From: Octopus sinensis
Taxonomy: Eukaryota
Reading direction: 5' to 3'
DNA: 64,000 nt
Assembly (NCBI RefSeq): GCF_006345805.1
Contig: NC_043004.1
Location: 100,316,001 to 100,380,000 of the forward strand
Shown here piece by piece: positions 54,215 through 64,000 of the stretch. The notes under the pieces are model-generated. The model saw only the letters and a program-made list of their open reading frames with translations, was not told the DNA's origin and searched no databases. A program made the translations under genes and the position numbers. How positions within the stretch are numbered: position 1 is the stretch's first letter; the number at the start of each line of letters is the position of its first letter.

Positions 54215-54764
54215 TTGGGTTGTCCGGATTTTTAATGGAAAGAAAAAGGTCAATAAATACTTGCCATTAAATTTTTAATCAACCAAATATGATCCATTTT
54301 GTTGCACAATGCGTTTCCATCTTTCCTTTAACTTAAAAATACTCCCTTCCCAGAATTGAGGTGGTGTCATGGCAAAGAATTCATCAAGGTATCTTTTTAC
54401 GTCATCCAAGGAATTGAAATTTTTACCATTAAGACTATGCTGCAGAGACCTGAATAAGTGGAAATCCGAAGGAGCAATATGTGGTGAATATGGAGTGTGG
54501 GGTAACACATCCCAGCCGAGCTACAGCAATTTTTGTCTGGTTCCCAAAGCATCAAGCGCCGAAATGAATTCTTATCTTCCATTTTAAAGGGTTACAGAAT
54601 TAACACAGGTTATAGGAGCATAAACCTTCTTCCACGAAAAGATAGCTTAAACTGTACTCTAAATGAAGGTGTAGTCAAAACCTCTTTTATAGACTCAAAC
54701 ATGTTCTAAAATAAGTCGAAAGATAAGCTACTATAAATTGGTACGAACTTTCCGGACAACCCAA
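54215..54764 (-). mobile_element. Internally deleted mariner element
   Basis: TIRs TTGGGTTGTCCGGA / TCCGGACAACCCAA with TA TSD. N-terminus MEDKNSFRRLMLWE is joined directly to the C-terminus TRQKLL-LGWDVLPHTPYSPHIAPSDFHLFRSL...RWKRIVQQNGSY. Confidence 0.9.
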
Positions 54765-55108
54765 TATTTATGCTGTGGATAAATAAGATTTCGTATGTTC
54801 TTAGTAAACGCATCACAGGCTTAGCGATTTGTGGGTTTCTGGTATTTTTGTTTTTGAGAATATATTTTTTCTCCACCGACAATCCACTTGTTGATTTGGT
54901 ATGCTTACTAATTCATTGAATGCTGCAGGTGCAAACTCACGCATAATACCCAGGTACTTCAGCAGATGCTGCTTCTTTGGAATGTGGTGTTAAGTTCCTT
55001 GTTGACTGTATTGTGTCATGCTTGCATTTTTATGCACACACACACACACCACACACACACAAACACACAGACACAGACACACACACACGCACATATATAT
55101 ATATATAT

Positions 55109-55244
55109 AAAATTAACAGAATGAGATAAAAATCCAAGGTGTTAAAGTTTTGAGAACATTTATAAAGAAGTCTTACAGCTGTTTCCTGGATATTTTATAT
55201 ATCCCTTCATCGGAGACGGTGCGAGAAAATGGTTAAGCAATAGT
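55109..55244 (-). mobile_element. (TA)n-flanked Penelope-like terminal repeat, family P3
   Basis: Short unique segment between (TA)n tracts that carries the hammerhead-like motif 55170-55217. Confidence 0.5.
55170..55217 (-). ncRNA. Minimal type I hammerhead-like motif (CCGAUGA core)
   Basis: GTCT-CCGATGA-AG-GGATAT-ATAAA-ATATCC-AG-GAA-ACAGCTGT-A-AGAC. All three stems pair; GUA triplet. Confidence 0.6.
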
Positions 55245-55263
55245 TATATATATGTATGTATGT

Positions 55264-55317
<54 letters not shown>

Positions 55318-55318
55318 T

Positions 55319-55350
<32 letters not shown>

Positions 55351-56719
55351 TAGATATAGATATATACATATATACATATATATATACATATATATATACC
55401 TATATATACATACGTACACGCACGTACACCCCACACACACACACCACATATATATATATATTATATATATATATTATCTAGACATAGTAAAAAGGGTAAT
55501 AAAATAAATTAAGTAAAATTAAGTAAAATTAAGTATTATGTTAGAGGCCTTTCTAGTATATATATATATATATATACATAAGCAATTGCAGCGTGGAAGA
55601 CGTTTGTAAGCCATTTAAGTACTCACAAAAACCGTTAGCTTCACTTCAACATTTAAATTTAGTTTGTGTCAAGATCTTTTCGTCACTTTGAAACCGTGAT
55701 CTCTTCCCTAAAAAAACTTCGTCTGTGTGTGTAAATATATATATATTACCACCTGAATCATTGATTTTTATTGTACTGAATAATTGTTTCCCATATTCGC
55801 TCTAACATAATTAAAATTTTTTGTGTTGCACATTGTTAGATTTTGTTTTTCTCTGTTGTGGGGTCAGAGTGGAGAGATTATTGTCCAAAATTGTTTTTTA
55901 ATTGATACAAATAACCTTGTTTTCCCAGAGATAGACTTCACGTTTATCGGACTGCCTTATCTTACTTTTCTTTATATGATTTTCTTAAGGCATATATTTT
56001 CCTTCCAGAAGGACTTCATTTTTACATTGATATTAAATTTATTTGTAGTTGGTAGCCATTTTAATCGTTTTATTATTGAATTCTACTTTTCTATTTCTGT
56101 AATAAAACGGTAGACATTTTCGTTTTGTAGTGCAACGATTGTTTTGCTTTACTTCGTTGATGTTCAGCATTTTCATTCTCTTTTAATTGTTCCGAAGTTC
56201 AGTAGTTCCTCGTTATCGTAAGTATGTATATTATTTAAGCCACATATCTTGTATGCACAAACCACATGTAATGTGTTGCATAATCATCACTTGTTTCAGC
56301 TGGGGTTGTATCGATTTCTTCAAATTGTATTCAGATGTCCTTTCAGTGCAGTTTTCTTTGTTCCACATCGCCAACTCTTCTTACATACATATAATACATA
56401 CAATAAGCTTCTTTATTTATTAATTTTATATATTTATTGTTTACGTTTTATTACAGTTTTGGTTCCAAATTTTTATAGCGTTCCACATCCAGTGGGGAGA
56501 CAAGGAATAATTACAGCGTCGGGCAAAATTACCTTACGATATTTCTTCCGGTTGCTGGTGTTGTGAGTTCAAATACCATCGAGGTCAACTTCACCTTTCA
56601 TCTCTCTTGGGTTGATAGAAAGAAATACCAGCAGAGGAGTGGATCGATGGTATTGAGTAACCGCCTCCCTCCATAATCGCTGGCCTTGTGCATAAATCAA
56701 GGGCAAATATTATTATTAT

Positions 56720-56775
56720 GTTATCACCACCACCACCAGCACCATTATCGTCGTCATCGTCGTCATCATCGTCGC

Positions 56776-56816
<41 letters not shown>

Positions 56817-57084
56817 CCGTCTACATATTTACACACTGTGGAAAATATATGTTAACAGAATGATATATAATGCCAGAAAACGGCCAGGGGTTTGCGAAGA
56901 AACGTTTAGACGTTTCTTTCGACGTTTCGTTCGCTTGATTGATATTTTATCGATCTCCAGGACTGCTGAATGCAAAGAAAACGGAGAGAGAATTTGAACA
57001 CAGGTAAATATCACTTCGACCTCTAACATGACCACCATTCTCTCTTTTTTTTAAATCCTTTCGTCTTCTAGTAGTAGTAGTAGT

Positions 57085-57121
<37 letters not shown>

Positions 57122-57172
57122 CAGCAGCAGCAGTAGTAATAGTAGTGGCAGCAGCAGCAGTAGTAATAGTTA

Positions 57173-57207
<35 letters not shown>

Positions 57208-57323
57208 GTAGTAGTAGTAGTAGCGGCAGCAGCAGTAGCAGTAGTATTAGAAGTAGTAGTTGTAGTAGTAGACGTAGTAGTAGTAATAGCAGCAGCAGTA
57301 GTAGTAGTAGTAGTAGTAGTAGT

Positions 57324-57392
<69 letters not shown>

Positions 57393-57655
57393 TTTGGTGG
57401 TGGTGGTTATATGGATGGCGTTGATAATTACCACCTTGATCATTTACCTGAGCTAACTTATATCATCACGTCGTCGTCTTCCCATACCTTACGTTTTTCT
57501 TTGCAGCAGCAGCAGCAGTTGTTATTGTTGTTGTTGTTGGTGGTGGTGTTGTTTTGTTGGATTTATTTCCTTTGAATCTTGTTCCCGTTGTTGTTGTTGT
57601 TGTTGCAATTTAGTCATTGCTGTCTTATCGTTGTTGCTATTGTTATTGTTGCTAG

Positions 57656-57687
<32 letters not shown>

Positions 57688-57745
57688 CTATTATTGTTGT
57701 TGATCGTTTTGGTGCTGTTATCATTCTTGTAGATATTATCGTTGT

Positions 57746-57776
<31 letters not shown>

Positions 57777-57936
57777 ACTACTACTGCTGCTTTTATGGCT
57801 CTTATAATTTCCTGTTATTATTGTTTCATTACTTAGGCAAAAAGCCAATCACTTTTTTTACTTCATTTTTAACAGAAACAGAATTTTATACAAGTAGTTT
57901 TTGCTATTATTGAAGCAATTATTATTATTATTATTA

Positions 57937-57977
<41 letters not shown>

Positions 57978-58008
57978 GTTATTATTGTTATTATTATTAT
58001 TATTATTA

Positions 58009-58091
<83 letters not shown>

Positions 58092-58301
58092 GTTATTATT
58101 ATTGTTGTTGTTGTTGTTATTATTGTTTTTGTTGCTGTTTTTCTTATATTTTTTTATTGTTATTATTAAAGTTGTGGATGGTAGTAGCATTATAGGCTTG
58201 CAGTGGTGATGTTGATGTTTGCGGTAATGTGGTCATAGAAGTAGTAGCAGCAGTAGTAGTAGTAGTAGTAGTAGTAGTGTAGTAGTAGTAGTAGACATAG
58301 C

Positions 58302-58387
<86 letters not shown>

Positions 58388-58390
58388 TCC
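56720..58390. repeat. Cluster of trinucleotide microsatellites: (CAT)n, (TAG/CAG)n, (TTG/CTG)n, (TTA/TTG)n, (TAG)n
   Basis: Directly visible tandem triplets. Confidence 0.9.
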
Positions 58391-58714
58391 CCGGCGGACT
58401 ATTGTAGTAAAATAAAGAATTGTAGAATAAAGACCAATCATAATTTTTTAAAATCTTTTGGTAAAAATACTTTTTGTTGAGTGATGTTTATTTGTTTTTG
58501 GGTAATTTTTTTAATATATATTTTCCTCTCTTAGTTATTTTATCGGTGTGCCATCAACGTTCACCATGTAATTATAGTAATAGTAATAATTATAAGACTT
58601 GAATGGGTTGTCTGCTCGTAATCGCTACTGGCTGAACACTTTTCTGTCTCTTTGATATCTTATCTCACCTCACACCTCTGTCCCCATCTCTTCCTATCAT
58701 TATCGTAATACATA

Positions 58715-58770
<56 letters not shown>

Positions 58771-60177
58771 TCATATATATATACATATTTATATACATTT
58801 TATATGCGTGTTTATGTAATATGGATGGTATGCATGTATATATATATATAGTGTGTGTTGTATGTATGTATATATGTATGTATGCATACATGTATATATA
58901 TATATATGTATATGTATGTATATATGTATATATATATATATGTATATGTATATATATACACATACATATATGTTTATTCTATATATGAGTGTTTATGTAA
59001 TATATATATGTGTGTGTATATATGTTTAGGTATTTATGTATATTTATGTGCTCATGTACGTATGTGTGTGAGAGAGAGAGCGAGAGAGAGAGAGAGCATA
59101 TGTGTGTATGTATACACCAGACATATAGACACGTATGAAAGCGCATACAGACTCATACATAATCGTACATATATATACACACATGCATACACATACACTA
59201 AAGCAGATAACCCGACGAAAAAGAAAAACAAATGAGAAGAAAAGAAACAAGTTTTGAATTACGAGGAAGAAATAGAAAGGAAATATTTTAGCGGTATAAA
59301 TCAAAAGTAATTGTAGCGATATTGATAATCATTGTCTTCTTACACCATATAATTATTAATTTATTTCTAATCTTGCCTTTTTTATTTATTTATTTATCTA
59401 TCTATTTATTTATTTAAATTACTGTTAATTACTACAGTGCAAAAACTAAATGTATGTTTTGCTAATCCTTCCTTGGTTATACGTGTCTTCGCAGTCAGTC
59501 GTTGGAAACCGTTACAAGTCTACGCAAATACGAAACGTGTCTAAATACTGGCGCTACAGTATCGCACGCACGCATGCACGCGAGCAATCGTTCACACACT
59601 GGTGTGGTAATTAACTGTGGTCTTATTCAACGATCGATGTAATTATAGGAAATTATCTACAGTCTCTATATCGAGTACACATTAGTATTTGTTCAGAATA
59701 TGAACAAAAACCATCTGAACTTCAGATGGTTATGAACACAGCGGACGGTTTATAATAGTATCATGGACTTTGAGTGGCTGTAGGAGTGATTCTGTATTAC
59801 AATAAAACCTTTCCTTTTCTGCTTGTGTTTTCCATACATTAATCTACAAATATTCAAGTTGGAGGTTAGTGACTATCAATCACACACCCACTGTTTGAGA
59901 GCACGGAAGCCGATAAATAGTCTTAAGAAAAAAGAACAATAAGCCGGGAACCAAATCTCATGTGGTATTTAGTTGCTTTCGTTTAAGTTGAATAGAAATC
60001 CTATTTAAAATTGTCTTTTCATTTCATTTTTCAGGGATAGATAGAATAAGATGCTAGTTTAGTTGTTGTTTAATTCCAGGATAGCAAACCTATGATCAAA
60101 TGTATTGTAAATGTGTGAACTTATGATCAAATGCATTCTCTAACTGTGACTATTTTACTTCCTGTGAACTCAGTACC

Positions 60178-60413
60178 TATTTCTTTACTACCCACAAGGG
60201 GGCTAAACACAGAGGGGACAAACAAGGAGAGACACACGGATTAAGTCGATTACATCGACTCCAGTGCGTAACTGGTACTTATTTAATCGACCCCGAAAGC
60301 ATGAAAGGCAAAGTCGACCTCGGCGGAATTTGAACTCACAGAACGTAACGGCAGACGAAATACGGCTACGCATTTCGCCCGGCGTGCTAACGATTCTGCC
60401 AACTCGCCGCCTT
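60178..60413 (-). mobile_element. SINE family B, full length
   Basis: Near-identical to 14224-14456 and 31643-31875. Confidence 0.9.
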
Positions 60414-61039
60414 GTTTCTTTTGCTGAGACGGTTCCTACGATTTGAAAATTTGGCAGCTACATCTTACAGGTGAGCCATCCAGTGGCTTCCCAAGTATAA
60501 TTCGTCTGCTGAGGTCAAAACTAAGAAACGCAGACTAACATTTCACGTAGCTCAGGTTGACTGTTCCCTGGAAATATAAGAATACTCTTCTTCATAGAAT
60601 TCTTTCAAGAGAGAAAGAGAGGTGAGAGAGAGAATCAAAAACGTAGAAAAAAAGAAAGGGATTGTTCCATGATTTTATTCTAGGAATAGCCTAAGTGGTA
60701 ATGGATTAAGTGTTAAGTGCTAGTAGGATGAAGAGATGCGTGTGAGTGAGATAAATAGCTTTTTTACTAGAGAAGAGGAGAAGTAATTATAGAAATGGTA
60801 AAAAGAGTGTTAGGAATAATTCAGTATACCGGATGAATAGCATTTGTTGTAATGGTGAAGGAATTTAGTAAATCAGTCCGAAATTCAAGGTAATTAGCTT
60901 TAGAATGAAGAACCAAGTTTTGGTCTTCCAATTCTGTGTTTATACGATGAAGAGATGTGTACCTCCTTATATTTGTGCTTGTGGTTTTATGCAATATTTC
61001 GAAGGCAGTTTTCAATTTACTTAGACTTAATATTAATTA

Positions 61040-61245
61040 AAAATTTTTGGCAAAAGGCCAGCAATTTCAGAAGGGCTAGTTGATTAACTCGACTTCAGTA
61101 CACAACTGGTACTTATTTTATTGAACTCGAAAGAATGAAAGGTAAAACGAACCTCGGCGGAGTTTGAACTCTGAACGTAGCGACATACGAAATGCCGCTA
61201 AATATTTCACCCGGTGTATTAATGATTCTGCCAGCACGCCACTCT
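61040..61245 (-). mobile_element. SINE family B, diverged, alternative tail
   Basis: Core ACCTCGGCGGAGTTTGAACTC with tail TTTTGGCAAAAGGCCAGCAATTTC. Confidence 0.7.
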
Positions 61246-62436
61246 ATGTAGCCTTAATTTTAGTGTGTATTCCTTCTATGGCATTTTGTAGAAATGTCTT
61301 TTACAAAAGGCTCAGTCTGCACCAAGTTTTGTGTGTAATATTGGGCTGGCGGAAACCCTTGGGAAATCTGCCGCATAGACAAAATCTATAATTTCAAAGG
61401 ACAACTCTTCTCACGCAAAATATCAGGGCATTTCTATAACGAAAATACTGCAAGAGTACACTTGGCTGTGGAATACTCAGCCGCTCAAAGAGTAATTCGA
61501 TGAGTAGGTAATTCAGATTATCGAATGTTTGGATTACTCAGCAACCAAACCGACATGTAACTATTCCCTATCGATTTGTTAGACATAGAACAAGCACGCT
61601 CATATAGATACACGCACGCAACGCACACACAAGCCCGCGCACACACATAGATAGACACATACACACACGCACTCACATACACACACACAAACGCAAACAT
61701 ACTCACACTCTCCTCACTCCCGGTCTTTAAAAATTCGATTCTTTTCAAGGAGAGATTTTGGCTTGGAGAAGCCAGCATTGAAGTTAGATAGGTTTCGATC
61801 GGTTGCAAATAGTCAAGAACTTAACCATGTTATTTAGTTAGAACTCAGTAGCTATCACTTATTAGGATGATGCATCAGCATGAGACCAAATTTAGCAAAC
61901 GTTAAGGCTGTCTGAGTTCCTGTAACCATATGATCAACAACCACGCGTTATATCCATACATAAGGTCGAAGCGCAGTAATGCAATAGATTGAATCAGAAG
62001 TCAAATAGAAGACAAATATGTGTTTACTGGGTTAGGTAGAATAGCAAATTCCAAGGGAATGTATGGCTTGGTTATACGTGCACAGCAGGAAATATATATC
62101 TATATCTATGTATGAATTCAGTTGTGTTTGTAGGTGTGTGGGTGTGAGAGTGTAAACAACAATATTTATAAAGGATTGGTGATTTACGTGTTAGTGAATG
62201 TAGCCTTTTGATGCGATGTTAGCGGCTATTAAGTCTTGGCTTCTATTTTTAATACACACATTTTTTATTGCTCGTAATCTAGTGGGTTTTTTCATTACAT
62301 TGAAAAACAAGACATATTGAAACCGGTAATGTGTATTTAAATAAATCATCTTAAATAATCCAGGTACATATTCAAATTCAATTTCTATAATTCTACTCCA
62401 GCTACATACATCATACATACATTCATACATATATAT

Positions 62437-62496
<60 letters not shown>

Positions 62497-62655
62497 TATA
62501 TATATAATATATATATATAATATATATATATATATATTGCCTATCGATTTGTTAAACATAGGTTAAACACACGCTCATATAGATACACGCACGCAACGCA
62601 TACAAAAGCCCTCGCACACACATAAACAGACACAGACACACACATCACATAAGTT

Positions 62656-62718
<63 letters not shown>

Positions 62719-63665
62719 ATGTGTGTATTTGTGTGTATGTACGTACGTATATGTATGTATGTATGTAAACACATTCGCACACACATGTACATACATATAT
62801 ATATGTATGCATACACATAGTTTTAGATAACTGAGTACATTCATACATGCATACATGCATATCAACATAGATACGTACATACATAAATACATACATACAT
62901 ACATACATGCATGCATGCATGCATACATACAAATAGTGGGATAAGTCGACAGATACATAGTTGTATAAATGAAAGGCTTTCGCTGCTTTTGGTTTCGATG
63001 GAAGCCTTGTTCCACCATCACAGAACAATATATAAATCCAAAAGAAAATTTTTGACCAAGCAAAATGACAACTATGACTATGATCTATATACATGTGTTT
63101 ATACGTATGAATATATATATATATATACATATATGGAGAGAGAGAGAGAGAGAGAAGAGAGTCATATATTTGAATATATATATGTACTCACATATATATA
63201 TATACACACACATATATATATGTTCATATACACTGTATACAGACACGTAACTATTCATATATATATATACATATATTCATGTGTGTATGACGTGTTTGTA
63301 TATAAAAACTGATGAACACCTGAGCAAAGAGAGAACGAGGTGACCTCCCTTTCAATCCAGTCATAAATCGTAACAATCATGACATTTATTGAAGTGTTTT
63401 AGGGGACATTCACAACTTCTTTCCCTTAGGGAATATAAAATGCTACATGGATGTGTGATCATAATGCATATATATACACACAGACACATATATGTATGCA
63501 TGTATGTATGTGCGTTTGTGCGTATGTGTGTGTGCATGCGCCTGTGTGAGAGATTTTCTAAACACGTCATTTGTAGAAATATATCATATATACGTACGTC
63601 TTAACTTATATACATAATCATATTACGTAGATATTCTTGCATATATATATACATACACCACCCCC

Positions 63666-63727
<62 letters not shown>

Positions 63728-64000
63728 ATAACGGGAAGCTTTATGAAAATAGACAAAAGACGAAGGCAGGTGGAAAACAAACAAACAATTGTATTAGTAT
63801 GGCGCTCAGGAAATATAAAATAAACAAGTCTTTAACGTTTCGAGCCTACGCTCTTCAACAGAAAGATACACGAGAGAAAAAAAACACAGAAGAAGGAGAG
63901 AAAAAATGCGTGCAGTAACTAACGAATCGACATGGCGATCTGATTTCGGCCAGAGGTCAAAGATCAAACATGAGACGCGAGAGCGAAATAAGGGGAGATA
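63728..64000 (-). mobile_element. Penelope-like family P2, copy 2 (runs off the window edge) with hammerhead-like motif 63829-63866
   Basis: Minus strand reads TCTTT-CTGTTGA-A-GAGC-GTAG-GCTC-GAA-ACGT-T-AAAGA; homologous to 4770-4957. Confidence 0.5.

Noticed and set aside
55660-55712. Hammerhead relic on the minus strand (GTGAC-GAA-AAGATCTT)
   Set aside because: The CUGANGA segment and stem I are absent and position 17 is G.
57522-57848. Poly-S/N/Q ORF as a coding exon
   Set aside because: It is embedded in a triplet-repeat cluster that is open in several frames, has no clear acceptor and ends in a stop within the repeat.

Overview
AT-rich, microsatellite-dense eukaryotic DNA. The SINE families and simple-repeat profile look cephalopod (Octopus-like); this is inferred from pattern recognition, not from a database search. 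No complete protein-coding gene is visible. Most of the window is repeats: three tRNA-headed SINE families, a 5'-truncated and frameshifted CR1-clade LINE (about 8.88-10.87 kb), RTE and Tc1/mariner relics, mariner/pogo/hAT MITEs, three non-autonomous Helitron-like elements, an A/T-tract satellite with an internal inversion, and a 584-bp near-perfect hairpin. One good candidate host terminal exon lies on the minus strand (34114-34241); other exon candidates are weak. The most interesting signal is a set of short (TA)n-embedded, Penelope-like terminal repeats that fold as minimal type I hammerhead ribozymes with palindromic stem III. Three sequence-divergent families share a non-canonical CCGANGA core (U4C) and a fourth has a CUGUNGA-type core. 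Their activity is untested. Nearly all ORFs in the supplied track are microsatellite read-through.
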